Below are positions 37,006-47,609 of a stretch of DNA of 64,000 nt, piece by piece. The translations under genes were made by a program, and so were the position numbers. A model generated the notes under the pieces. The model saw only the letters and a list, made by a program, of their open reading frames with translations, made no database searches and was not told the DNA's origin. Each line of letters starts with the position of its first letter. The first letter of the stretch is position 1. Source of the DNA: an uncultured Chloroflexia bacterium (GTDB lineage: Bacteria; Chloroflexota; Limnocylindria; Limnocylindrales; CSP1-4); assembly GCA_963778645.1 (NCBI GenBank), contig CAVZVH010000026.1, positions 787,841 to 851,840 on the forward strand, given 5' to 3'.

Positions 37006-37422
37006 TCAGCACGGCGCCGGCACGTCGAGCGAGCCGTCGGGCCCGCCGTCCAGGTACTCGACGTGGGAGTCGGGGCAGTTGCGAGTCAGGACCACGACGA
37101 GGGGCTCCGTCGCGGACGCGTTCTCCTCGACATGGATCTCGCCCGCCGGGATGTAGATGAAGTCGCCGGCTTCGGCGTCGAACGTGTCCTCGAGTCCGGT
37201 CGGGCCCCAGGTGTACCGGGCGCGGCCCGACAGGATGTAGATCGAGGTCTCGCACGACCCGTGGTGGTGGACGCGGGTCTTGTCGCCCGGTGCGGTCGAG
37301 ACGATCGCGGAGTACAGCCGGGCAGCGCCGGTCTGCGGTGCCGAGATCGCGATCGACCGTTCCATGCCCGCGTGTTGGCCGACACTGGTCAGCCGATCGG
37401 CCGGGGTGATCCGTGTGGCCAT
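37006..37422 (-). CDS. Cupin-domain protein
   Basis: 'VHHHGSCETSIYILSG' and 'GDFIYIPAGEIHVEEN'. It lies 16 nt upstream of the APH-like gene. Confidence 0.8.
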   Translation of the reverse strand: MATRITPADRLTSVGQHAGMERSIAISAPQTGAARLYSAIVSTAPGDKTRVHHHGSCETSIYILSGRARYTWGPTGLEDTFDAEAGDFIYIPAGEIHVEENASATEPLVVVLTRNCPDSHVEYLDGGPDGSLDVPAPC

Positions 37423-37453
37423 CGGCCGATGATACGGGGCTACCATCCGCGCC

Positions 37454-38431
37454 ATGCCGCCGGACGACCTGCCCAGGTACCCACTCTTCGAACGGCCGTC
37501 GCCACTCGAGCGACTCCGGACGTTCTCGCGAGCCCTCGGTGACGACGTGGACGTCTGGATCAAGCGCGAGGATCTCCTCCCGCTCGCCTTCGGCGGCAAC
37601 AAGCTGCGCAACCTCGAGTTCCTTGTCGGGGCGGCGCTCGCTGACGGAGCGGACACGCTGGTCACGAGCGGCCGCCGTTGGTCGAACCATTGCCGGCTGA
37701 CAGCGGCGGCCGGGGCGAAGGCGGGACTCGGCGTCCATCTCGTCCTGTCGGGTCCGCCGGTCGATCCGCCCGGACCAGGCGCGCGTCTTGCCGAGATATT
37801 CGGGGCCACGGTCCACCAGCTCGCGACCGCGGATCGCGAGGAGCGGGACGCGACGGTGGCGCGGGTCGTGGCGGAACTGGAGGGCGCTGGGCGTCGGCCA
37901 TGGGTCATCGGCGTCGGGGGATCGGGTCTGCCCGGCACGTACGGGCAGTTCGACGCGGCCACCGAGGCCTTCGACCAGCTGGCCGCGAACGCCCTTCGCC
38001 CGCAGGCCCTGTTCGTGCCGTCGGCGACGGGGGGGACGCAGGCCGGCCTGCTCGTCGCGAACGGGGTCACGCGCGCCGTCGATGGCCCAATCGTCGGCGT
38101 GCTCGTCGCCAGGCCAGAGGACGAGCTCCGGCCATCGATCGAGGCGCAGGTCGCCGACCTTGCCCGCTTCGTCGGCTCCGAGCCGCCGACGGCCGATGCC
38201 ATCGTGCTCGACGGCTCGCAGTACGGCGACGGCTACGGCCGACCGACCGCCGCGGCCGAGGAAGCGATGCGGCTGCTCGGCCGAACCGAGGGGATCCTGG
38301 TGGACCCGATCTATACGGCGAAGGCCCTGGCCGCTCTCGTGGCACGAGCACGGTCAGGCGAGCTGGCTGGCCAGACCGTGGTCTTCTGGCACGCCGGCGG
38401 CACGCCGGGCCTGTTCGAGCCGCTGGACTGA
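37454..38431 (+). CDS. PLP-dependent ACC deaminase / D-cysteine desulfhydrase-family enzyme
   Basis: 'IKREDLLPLAFGGNKLRNLEFL' (PLP Lys), 'SATGGTQAGL', and 'FWHAGGTPGLF'. Confidence 0.88.
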   Translation: MPPDDLPRYPLFERPSPLERLRTFSRALGDDVDVWIKREDLLPLAFGGNKLRNLEFLVGAALADGADTLVTSGRRWSNHCRLTAAAGAKAGLGVHLVLSGPPVDPPGPGARLAEIFGATVHQLATADREERDATVARVVAELEGAGRRPWVIGVGGSGLPGTYGQFDAATEAFDQLAANALRPQALFVPSATGGTQAGLLVANGVTRAVDGPIVGVLVARPEDELRPSIEAQVADLARFVGSEPPTADAIVLDGSQYGDGYGRPTAAAEEAMRLLGRTEGILVDPIYTAKALAALVARARSGELAGQTVVFWHAGGTPGLFEPLD

Positions 38432-38432
38432 C

Positions 38433-39628
38433 CTACTCCCCGGCCGAGCGCCACGCGTCGCGCAGCTTCATCCGGCCGGCCGTCTGGAGGACGGCCCCCG
38501 CATAGACGCGTGCCCCGATCGAGAAGAGGACCCAGATCCCGATGACCGTGATGACGATGGCCAGGCCGACCTCCCACGGCTCGATCGAATCCAGCGCGGC
38601 CCGCAGCGGGACGACGAACGGCGCCGACGGCGGCAGGAACGTGGCGATGGTCGCCACCGTGCCGCGCGGATCGTTGATGACCGCGAAGATCGCCACGAAG
38701 TAGCTGACCATCGCGACCATCGTGACCGGGGTCGAGGCGTTGGAGGCCTCCTCCATCCTCGACGCGAGCGCGCCGAGGAAGCCGAGCGCCGTGGAGTACA
38801 GCGCGTAGCCGAGGATGAACCAGATCGCCAGCAGCATGATCGCGCCGGGCGTCGTGGCCGGCAGGACCAGCTGGTCCGTGAGGCTCGCGGCCCCGATCGC
38901 CGCGAATAGGAACACGGCCAGCTGGACGATCCCCAGCACGCCGATCCCCAGGACCTTGCCCATCAACAGGTCCCGGGCGCGGACCGTCGAGAGCACGACC
39001 TCCACGACGCGGCTCTGCTTTTCCTCGACCACGCCGGTCAGGACCGTGAAGCCGAAGCTGAAGATCCCGACGAGGATCAGGACCGCCCCGATGTTGGCGA
39101 CCAGGAAACGCGCCTGCTCGGCGTCGGTCTGCGGGTCGAGCTCGACGGATTCGGGCGGCACCTGGGCAGCGGCCAGCGCTGCCTGATCGACATCGGTCCC
39201 GGCCAACACGCCATCCACCCGCAGGCTCACAACGGCCGCACCGACGACGCTCTGCAGGACCTGGTCCACGGACTCCTTGTAGAGCACGACGCCAGGTGTG
39301 GACAGGTCCGCGGGAACGTCGATCACGGCCTCTACCTGGTCGGCTTCGAGGGCCGCCTCGGCCGCGGCGCGGTCCGGGTATGGCAGCAGGACCAGGGACT
39401 GATCCGCACCGGAGGCGATGGTCGTGACCGTCCCCTCGAGGGCCGGCGGGGCCGGCTGGACGACGCCGACCTTGGCCTCCTCCTCGTCCCCGAAGAGGAG
39501 CGCCGGTAGCAGGAACGAACCGATGACGATGGCGGTCGTGAACAGCACGCTCAGGACGAAGCCACGGCTGCGGCCGCGCTCCACGATCTCTCGACGGGCG
39601 ACCAGCCAGATGCTTCGCCAGCGGCTCA

Positions 39629-39629
<1 letters not shown>
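38433..39629 (-). CDS. ABC-2 type exporter permease (NatB-like, with a large extracytoplasmic loop after TM1)
   Basis: ATG 39629 is preceded by GAAGGAGGTG and overlaps the ATPase stop. One N-terminal TM, a loop of about 150 aa, then 5 C-terminal TMs. Confidence 0.85.
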
Positions 39630-40567
<938 letters not shown>

Positions 40568-40596
40568 TCGGTGAGGGCGGTCGGTCGGGCCATGCG

Positions 40597-40986
40597 TCAG
40601 TTCGCCGTGATCGTGCCCTTCATGTCGGGATGGACGTCGCAGATGAAGGGATACGCACCCGCGGCCAGGGCGGGGACCGCGTACGTGACCTTCGCCGAGG
40701 AGACGATCTCGCCCTTGAACACCGACGCCCCGGAGGCATCGGAGATCGCGACGTTGTGCGGGGCTGCCTCCTGGTTGTCGAAGGCGATCGAGAACGCCTG
40801 GCCGGCCTTGACCGACACCTGCGTCGGGTCGAACTTGAGGTCCTTGGCGGTGATGGAGACGACGTCTCCGGTTGCCGCTCCGGATGGGGCTGGGGCCGAG
40901 GTGCCCGGAGCCGCCGACGTGCCTGAGCAGGCGGCGAGGACGGCGGCGAGGGCGACCAGGCCAAGGGTGATCGTCAGGCGCTGCAT
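40597..40986 (-). CDS. Cupredoxin (plastocyanin/amicyanin-like blue copper) lipoprotein
   Basis: Lipobox 'LAAC'. Type-1 Cu ligand pattern: His in 'APHNV', then 'FICDVHPDM' (C, H, M). Confidence 0.85.
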   Translation of the reverse strand: MQRLTITLGLVALAAVLAACSGTSAAPGTSAPAPSGAATGDVVSITAKDLKFDPTQVSVKAGQAFSIAFDNQEAAPHNVAISDASGASVFKGEIVSSAKVTYAVPALAAGAYPFICDVHPDMKGTITAN

Positions 40987-41028
40987 ATCGGAGGGACTCC
41001 TTCGAACGAATAGGCGAGTGACGGGTGG

Positions 41029-41457
41029 CTAGGCGCCGGCGCCCGCGGTGCCGCGGGAGCGAGCGACGAACGACGTGAAGCTGGCCAGCTCGCGGCGGAC
41101 GACCGCGACCGGGTTGCCGTCGAGGCGGGCGAAGTCGATGGCGACCGCGACGATCAGCGCGACCTCGATGCCCTTGGCGATGTAGGCGGTGGAATAGTAC
41201 GGGCCCTGGATGGCCCAGCCCAGGATCGTCGTGGCCGCGTAGCCGATCAGGCCGAGGCGGATGACCCAGCGGAAGCGCACGGCGAGGGCGAGCGGGACGA
41301 TCATAGCGGCCGCGGCGACAACGTACCCGACGGCGTTCAGCGTGAAGAGCAGTCCACCCAGGGTCGAGTGGATGTACCCGGTGGCGAGGGCCAGGCCCAC
41401 GATCAGGGCGCGCAGTGCGACGTCGGAGGGGCGAAGCGCGGTTCGGGAAGCGAACAT
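41029..41457 (-). CDS. Four-TM integral membrane protein, family not recognised
   Basis: Four hydrophobic helices ('LRALIVGLALATGYIH', 'LLFTLNAVGYVVAAAAMIV', 'VIRLGLIGYAATTILGWAI', 'IEVALIVAVAIDF'). First gene of the cupredoxin/ABC-2 cluster. Confidence 0.6.
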   Translation of the reverse strand: MFASRTALRPSDVALRALIVGLALATGYIHSTLGGLLFTLNAVGYVVAAAAMIVPLALAVRFRWVIRLGLIGYAATTILGWAIQGPYYSTAYIAKGIEVALIVAVAIDFARLDGNPVAVVRRELASFTSFVARSRGTAGAGA

Positions 41458-41685
41458 CTGGCGTTGACCTCAGCGATCGTTGTGGCCGGCGATGGGTGCC
41501 GGCTCTCGTGAGGCATCGTCATGGCAGCGGTCGGCCGCAGGCGGTGGGCGACCGACATCACCGGATGGGGACGGACGCCTGCAGCCGATCTCGACCGGCG
41601 CCGAGTGGCCCATCGGCCGGATGACGTAGGCATCGTCGGCGAACGGCGATGCCGCCATTCGCGGACCCGTCGTATCCTCGGGCCG

Positions 41686-44600
41686 ATGGCCACACGAACA
41701 CCGCGCGCTCGCGCGCCCCGCGTCGCCGCGGCCGAGCCGATCGAGCCCACGGATGGCAAGAACGGCAAGTCGACGGCGCGTGCGCGCGCGGCCCGTCGCG
41801 ATCCGGACGGCGGACATGGCGAGATCCACGACCAGTTGGTCGCCGCCGTCGCCGAAACGGCTCGCCTGCTCGAAGCCGACGGGGCGATGGTCTACCTCCT
41901 GGACCCGGAGACGGGGCACCTGCGGTTCGCGCACGACGCCGGGATCCGAAGCGCGCGCAGTCGCGTCTGGGTTCGCACGATCCGTTTGCCGATCGGGACC
42001 GGCATGTTCGGGAATGCCGTCGCCCGCCGCGAGGTCGTTCATACCGACGACTACCTGGCCGATCCCGCCTTCGACCATGCCCCCGATCCCGACCGGGTGG
42101 TCGAGGACATCGGGATCCGGTCGATGGTCGCCGCGCCGCTGGTCCACGGCGACGAGGTCTTCGGGGCGCTCGGCGCGTTCAGCACGCGACCATCGGCCTT
42201 CAGCCCATCCCAGATCGCCCTGGTCCGGGCGCTCGCCGACCACGCGGCCGCGGCCATGGCCAACGCGCGGCTCATCGAGCAACTGGCGCGCTCCCAATCC
42301 GACCTCGCGGCGACGGCCGACGCCGAGCGGACGCTGCGAGAGATCGCCGCTCGCGTCAGCGCGATGCGCGATCAGGAGGAGATCCTCCAATCGGTGATCG
42401 ACGCGGCCGCGCGCCTGCTCGAGGCGAGCGGGGTGACCATCGACCTGATCGATGGCGAGGGGATGGCCGAGGCCTGGCCGGACCCCGAGGTCAGCGCCAT
42501 GACGAAGGCGAACCTCGATCTCATCGTGAACATCGAGGTCGACCCCAACGTCGGCGTGTCCGGGATGGCGATCGCGAATCGCACCGCGGCCTGGACCGGC
42601 GACTATCTGGCCGACGAACGGTTCACGCACACGCCCGATCGCGACGCCTTCGTCCGCGAGAGCGGGATCCAGTCCGTCATCGCCGCGCCCCTGATCCACC
42701 GCGAGGAGGTGCTCGGCGTCGTCAATGCGTACTCGGATCGGATCGATGCCTTCGATGCCAAGGACGCCGGTCTCCTGGCGGCCCTCGCCGACCAGGCGGC
42801 GGTGACCATCGCGAATGCCCGGCTGATCGAGGAGCTCGAGGTCTCGCGGGAGGAGATCGCACGACGCGCCGATGCCGAACGGACGCTGCGCGAGATCGCG
42901 GCCCGCGTCTCGGCCATCCTCGACCCGGCCGAGGTCCTGCAGCGCATCGTCGAGGAGGCCGCGCGCCTGCTGGACTCGGACGGGGCCCGGATCGACCAGT
43001 ACGACCCGGAGATCGACGCGCTGCGGTGGTCGTACTCGGCCGGCGAGGCGATGTCCATCGTGCCGGAGTGGGCGAAGACCGGCGGCCTCAAGCCGGGCCA
43101 GGCGGTGGCCGGCCTCGCCTTCGCCGAACAGCGGGCCATCCTGACACGCGACTACCTCGACGACGATCGCTTCGAGCAGACGGAGGAGATCGACGCGTTC
43201 GTTCGACAGATGGGCATCCGTGCGGTCATCTCGACGCCTCTCTCGAGCGAGGCCGGGCCGATCGGCACGATCTCGGTCGTGTCGCGCAGCCCGGGTGCGT
43301 ACGACGGGTCGGACCTCGAGGTCCTGACGGCCCTGGCCACCCAGGCCTCGATCGCGATCCGCAACGCGCGCCTGATGGAGGAGCTCGAGCGCTCTCGGGC
43401 CGACATCGAGCGGCGCGCCGAGGCGGAACATGCCCTGCGCGAGATCGCCGCTCGGATCACGGCCATCCGGGAACCGGGCGATCTCCTCCAGCGGATCGTC
43501 GACGAGGCCCTGCGTCTCCTCCGTGCGGACGGCGCGGTCATCGACGAATTCGACCCGATCGAGGGCGTCCTCGTGTCGGCCTATGACGCCGGGCTGACCG
43601 AGGCCCAGCGCGTCTCCGTGCGCTCGACCCGGCTGCGGCTCGGCGAGGGCCTGTCCGGACGGGCGATGGCGGAAGGTCGGGTCATCACGGCCGGCGACTA
43701 CCTGGCCGCCGACTTCGTCCACGTGGGCGAGACCGACGAACTGGCCGCGACCACCGGCATCGGCGATCTGATCGTGGCGCCGATCATCGGCGACGAGGGC
43801 CCGCTCGGGGCCATCGAGGTCTATCGCCACGAACGTCATGCCTTCGACCCGATCGACGAGGCCGTGCTCGGCGGCCTGGCTGACCAGGCCGCGATCGCCA
43901 TCACCAATGCGCGCCTGATCGAGGAGCTCGAGCGGTCCCGGCGAGCGGTCGCCCTGCGCGCCGAGACGGAGCGCTCGCTGCGCGACATCACCGCCAGGAT
44001 CGCCGCGCTGCGCGAGCCCGACGTCATCCTCGAACGCGTGGTCGAGGAGGCCAAGCGCCTGCTCGGGACCGATGGCGCCCACCTCACCCGGATGTCGGAA
44101 GACGGGACCTACCTCATCCCGGTCGTCGTGGCCGGCGGCGCGGACGCGAAGACGAGAGCGTGGCTCCTGGGCATGGAATTCCCACTCGGCGGCGGCATCA
44201 ATGGGCTGGCGGCCGAGCAGCGCGTGCCGGTCTCCACGATCGACTACCAGGCTGATCCGCGGATCCCGCAGGAACCCGATGACGTCGATGTCGCCATTCG
44301 ACTGGGCTTGCGCGGCATGGCCGCCGCCCCGCTCCGCGCACCCGGTGGCGAGGTCATCGGCACGCTCGCGGTCTCGTCTGCCCAGCCGCGTGACTTCCTC
44401 GCGGAAGAGCTCGACCTGCTCCAGGGCCTGGCCGACCAGGCCGCGATCGCCATCACGAACACCAACCTGCTGACGCGCCTGACCGAATCCGAGGAGCGGT
44501 ACCGGTTCCTGATCGAGAACGCGCCGGATCTCATCTGGTCGGTCGGGGCGGACGCGCGCCTGACGTTCCTCTCGGACGCGGTGGAGCGGATGACCGGACA

Positions 44601-46323
44601 TCGCCCCGAGGAGTTGCTCGGCCAGCACTTCGGCGTGCTGGTGCACGAGTCGTCGCGCGACGTCGCTGAACTCGACTGGTCCGCCGGCATGGCGGCGGAC
44701 TCCCAGGAGCTGCGCGGCCGGGTCAACCTGGTCGGGCCCGGCGGGGAGCCCGTCCCGGCCGAGTTCATCGCCATCGCCCGCCTGGACGAGGACGGGTCGT
44801 TCGCGGGAGCGAATGGCTCGGTCCGCGACATGCGCGAGCGCGATCGACTGGAGCGCGACCTGCGCGAGTCCGAGGAGCGCTATCGGTTCCTCGTCGAGAA
44901 CTCGCCCGACGTGGTCTTCGCGACGGACGCGGACGGGCAGTTCACGTTCATCTCCGAAGCCATCGAGACGATGACCGGCTACCACCCGAGCGAGACCGTC
45001 GACCGGCATTTCTCGATGCTGGTCCAGCCGGAGACGCTGCCCATCGCCGCCGACCGCTGGGAGAAGCTGGTCGCCGACCCGACCACTCAGCAGGTCGCGG
45101 AGCTGACCCTGACCGGCAAGGACGGCCGGCTCACACCGGTCGAGGTCCACGCGATCGGCATCGTGGGTCCTGACGGCGGATTCGCCGGCATCCACGGCGC
45201 GACCCGCGACATCGGCGAGCGCGAGCGGCTCCAGCGGGAGCTGCGCGGATCGGAGGAGCGCTACCGCTATCTCGTGTCGGCCTCGCCCGACCTCGTGTGG
45301 GTGACGGACGCCGACGGGCGGCTCACGTTCATCAGCGAGGTCGCCGAGGCGATGCTCGGACGGACCGCGGCCGAGCTCATCGGTCGACAGTACTGGGAGG
45401 TCTTCGCCCCCGAGGTCCGGCGCGAGGTCGAGGTCCGGTTCAAGTGGCTATCGCGCCATCCGACGTCCGTCCAGCGCTCCCGCTTGCCGTTCAGGCATGC
45501 GGACGGCCACGATGTCCTCGTCGAGATCAACGGGATCGGGATGCTCGAGGGCGACCGGTTCGTCGGGGCCCACGGTGCGGCACGTGACGTGAGCGATCGG
45601 GAGCGCCTGGAGGGCAACCTGCGACGTCAGGCCGGCGAGTTGGCGGCCGGCGAGGAGCGCGCCCATCTCGCTCGCGAGCTCCACGACTCCGTGACCCAGG
45701 CCCTCTTCTCGATGACGCTCGTCTCACGATCCGTGGAGCTGCTCCTTGATCGCGACGTCGATGCGGCTCGGACCCAGCTGACCCAGCTCCGCGAGCTCCA
45801 ACGCGAGGCCCTCGCGGAGATGCGGGCGCTCATCTTCGAGCTCCGACCGGGGAACCTGGAGCAGGACGGGCTGACCCGCGCCCTCAAGACCCATACCGCA
45901 GCGCTCCAGGGCCGGATCGGGCTGCCGGTCGTGGTCGAGAGCACGCTCGGAGAGGAGCGACTCGCGCTGGCGGTCGAGGAGACGCTCTACCGCATCGCGC
46001 AGGAGGCGCTCCATAACGTCGTCAAGCACGCGGCCGCCCGGCAGGTGCGCGTGGAGGTCGGCCGCCGCCGCGAGGGCGTGCGGTTGCGGATCGAGGACGA
46101 CGGCAAGGGCTTCGACCCGTCGCATGTCCCGGCCGGTCATCTCGGGCTTGCCGGGATGCAGGCCCGCGCCTCCCGGATCGGCGCGACCTTCGTCTGCCGC
46201 AGCGTCAGCGGCAAGGGCACGACCGTCGAGGTCGTCGTGCCGGATGCCATCGCTGTCGCGGTGGGCGCGGAGCCCGACATGCATCGCGACCCCGCGCCGG
46301 ACCCATCCATCCGCGACCGATGA
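41686..46323 (+). CDS. Cytoplasmic sensor histidine kinase: 5 tandem GAF domains, 3 PAS domains, HisKA_3, HATPase_c (1545 aa)
   Basis: Recurrent linker 'NARLIEELERSR...AER(T/S)LR(E/D)IAAR(V/I)' occurs four times between GAF-like blocks. 'SEERYR(F/Y)L(I/V)' occurs three times at the start of PAS blocks. H-box 'EERAHLARELHDSVTQ', N-box 'EALHNVVKHA', and G-box 'DDGKGF...GLAGM'. Start is at 'MATRTP' ATG 41686, with TATCCT 7 nt upstream. Confidence 0.9.
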   Translation: MATRTPRARAPRVAAAEPIEPTDGKNGKSTARARAARRDPDGGHGEIHDQLVAAVAETARLLEADGAMVYLLDPETGHLRFAHDAGIRSARSRVWVRTIRLPIGTGMFGNAVARREVVHTDDYLADPAFDHAPDPDRVVEDIGIRSMVAAPLVHGDEVFGALGAFSTRPSAFSPSQIALVRALADHAAAAMANARLIEQLARSQSDLAATADAERTLREIAARVSAMRDQEEILQSVIDAAARLLEASGVTIDLIDGEGMAEAWPDPEVSAMTKANLDLIVNIEVDPNVGVSGMAIANRTAAWTGDYLADERFTHTPDRDAFVRESGIQSVIAAPLIHREEVLGVVNAYSDRIDAFDAKDAGLLAALADQAAVTIANARLIEELEVSREEIARRADAERTLREIAARVSAILDPAEVLQRIVEEAARLLDSDGARIDQYDPEIDALRWSYSAGEAMSIVPEWAKTGGLKPGQAVAGLAFAEQRAILTRDYLDDDRFEQTEEIDAFVRQMGIRAVISTPLSSEAGPIGTISVVSRSPGAYDGSDLEVLTALATQASIAIRNARLMEELERSRADIERRAEAEHALREIAARITAIREPGDLLQRIVDEALRLLRADGAVIDEFDPIEGVLVSAYDAGLTEAQRVSVRSTRLRLGEGLSGRAMAEGRVITAGDYLAADFVHVGETDELAATTGIGDLIVAPIIGDEGPLGAIEVYRHERHAFDPIDEAVLGGLADQAAIAITNARLIEELERSRRAVALRAETERSLRDITARIAALREPDVILERVVEEAKRLLGTDGAHLTRMSEDGTYLIPVVVAGGADAKTRAWLLGMEFPLGGGINGLAAEQRVPVSTIDYQADPRIPQEPDDVDVAIRLGLRGMAAAPLRAPGGEVIGTLAVSSAQPRDFLAEELDLLQGLADQAAIAITNTNLLTRLTESEERYRFLIENAPDLIWSVGADARLTFLSDAVERMTGHRPEELLGQHFGVLVHESSRDVAELDWSAGMAADSQELRGRVNLVGPGGEPVPAEFIAIARLDEDGSFAGANGSVRDMRERDRLERDLRESEERYRFLVENSPDVVFATDADGQFTFISEAIETMTGYHPSETVDRHFSMLVQPETLPIAADRWEKLVADPTTQQVAELTLTGKDGRLTPVEVHAIGIVGPDGGFAGIHGATRDIGERERLQRELRGSEERYRYLVSASPDLVWVTDADGRLTFISEVAEAMLGRTAAELIGRQYWEVFAPEVRREVEVRFKWLSRHPTSVQRSRLPFRHADGHDVLVEINGIGMLEGDRFVGAHGAARDVSDRERLEGNLRRQAGELAAGEERAHLARELHDSVTQALFSMTLVSRSVELLLDRDVDAARTQLTQLRELQREALAEMRALIFELRPGNLEQDGLTRALKTHTAALQGRIGLPVVVESTLGEERLALAVEETLYRIAQEALHNVVKHAAARQVRVEVGRRREGVRLRIEDDGKGFDPSHVPAGHLGLAGMQARASRIGATFVCRSVSGKGTTVEVVVPDAIAVAVGAEPDMHRDPAPDPSIRDR

Positions 46324-46401
46324 CGTAGTCGGACCACCGTCGTTCGGCCGACTCCGACCTCGCCATCGGTCCGTTCCCGCTTCGACGTCGCGCGCGCGAC
46401 G

Positions 46402-46839
46402 ATGGCGCGGATGCACGACCCCGATGCATGGCCTGCGCCACTCCGAGTCCTCATCGTCGATGCGGACGATCGGGTTCGCGAGAGCCTCAGCGGGCTGTTG
46501 GGCATCGGCGGGCGTCTCGTCGTCGTCGGCGCGGCCGGCGGCCCTGGGCCGGCGCTCGAGCTCGTCGCCTCGGTGGGGCCGGACGTCATCGTCGTGGATC
46601 CCCGGCTGCCCGAGATCGACGCCGGGCTGGCGTTCATCAGGCGGCTCCGTGCCGTCGCACCCAGCGTCCGGGTGGTCGTGATGGGCGCATACGACGGGCT
46701 GGACCAGGGTTCGATGGCGGGCGTGGCCGACGGATTCGTGCGCAAGACATTCCGGCCGACCGAGCTCGTGACGGCCGTCGAAGCGGCCGGGCGATCGGGC
46801 TCGCCCGCCGGAGAGGACGCGTCGTCCGGTGACGCTTGA
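46402..46839 (+). CDS. Single-domain response regulator (receiver only)
   Basis: 'RVLIVDADDRV', phospho-acceptor context 'DVIVVDPRLPE', and 'GFVRKTF'. Confidence 0.8.
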   Translation: MARMHDPDAWPAPLRVLIVDADDRVRESLSGLLGIGGRLVVVGAAGGPGPALELVASVGPDVIVVDPRLPEIDAGLAFIRRLRAVAPSVRVVVMGAYDGLDQGSMAGVADGFVRKTFRPTELVTAVEAAGRSGSPAGEDASSGDA

Positions 46840-47567
46840 TAGACTCGATGCCGCTCGCGCATGGCGAGCCTGACGATGGCGCTCTGGCGCCGGGAGATCC
46901 TGTGACCGACCCCACGCCGATCCGCGTGCTCATCGTCGACGACCATGCCGTCGTGCGCACGGGCCTGCGGGTCTTCCTCGACCTGCAGCCCGACATCGAG
47001 GTCGTCGGCGAGGCCTCGGACGGCTCCGAAGGTGTGGCCGTCGCCCGCCGGCTGGAGCCGGATGTCGTCCTGATGGACCTGCTCATGCCGAACATGGACG
47101 GGATCACCGCCATCGGTCGGATCAAGGCCGAGCGTCCGGAGACCGAGATCGTCACCATGACCTCCTTCATCGAGGAGGAGAAGGTGACTGCCGCCCTGGA
47201 AGCCGGGGCCTCCGGCTACGTCCTCAAGGACGCCGAGGCGGAGGAAGTGGCCGCCGCGATCCGGGCGGCATTCGCCGGCGAAGTCCACCTGGACCCGGCG
47301 GTCGCACGCTTGCTGGCGCAGCGGATGCGCAACCGCAAGTCACCCGACGACGAGCTCGCGGAGCCGTTGACGGACCGTGAGAAGGACGTCCTCAACCTGC
47401 TCGGTCAGGGGATGAGCAACAAGGACATCGGCGCCAAGCTGTTCATCACGGAGCGCACCGCCCGGACGTACGTGTCGAACATCCTGGGCAAGCTCGGTCT
47501 GGCATCGCGGACTCAGGCCGCCCTCTACGCTGTCGAACACAAGCTCGTCGACGCCCCGAAGAACTGA
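46836..47567 (+). CDS. NarL/FixJ-family response regulator (REC + LuxR-type HTH)
   Basis: 'RVLIVDDHAVVR', 'DVVLMDLLMPNMDG', 'GASGYVLKD', and HTH 'LTDREKDVLNLLGQGMSNKDIGAKLFITERTARTYVSNILGKLG'. The start codon is ambiguous (46836, 46848, or the GTG near 46903). Confidence 0.9.
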   Translation: MIDSMPLAHGEPDDGALAPGDPVTDPTPIRVLIVDDHAVVRTGLRVFLDLQPDIEVVGEASDGSEGVAVARRLEPDVVLMDLLMPNMDGITAIGRIKAERPETEIVTMTSFIEEEKVTAALEAGASGYVLKDAEAEEVAAAIRAAFAGEVHLDPAVARLLAQRMRNRKSPDDELAEPLTDREKDVLNLLGQGMSNKDIGAKLFITERTARTYVSNILGKLGLASRTQAALYAVEHKLVDAPKN

Positions 47568-47609
47568 GTCGGCGCGGCTACGCCGCCATCGGGCGGCCCA
47601 GCCGCGGCC

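Noticed and set aside
41470-45195. A 1241-aa ORF on the minus strand.
   Set aside because: It lies antisense to the GAF/PAS histidine kinase. Its translation is R/G/D/L-rich with no recognisable motif, whereas the plus strand shows clear kinase, GAF and PAS signatures. Long antisense ORFs are expected at this GC content.
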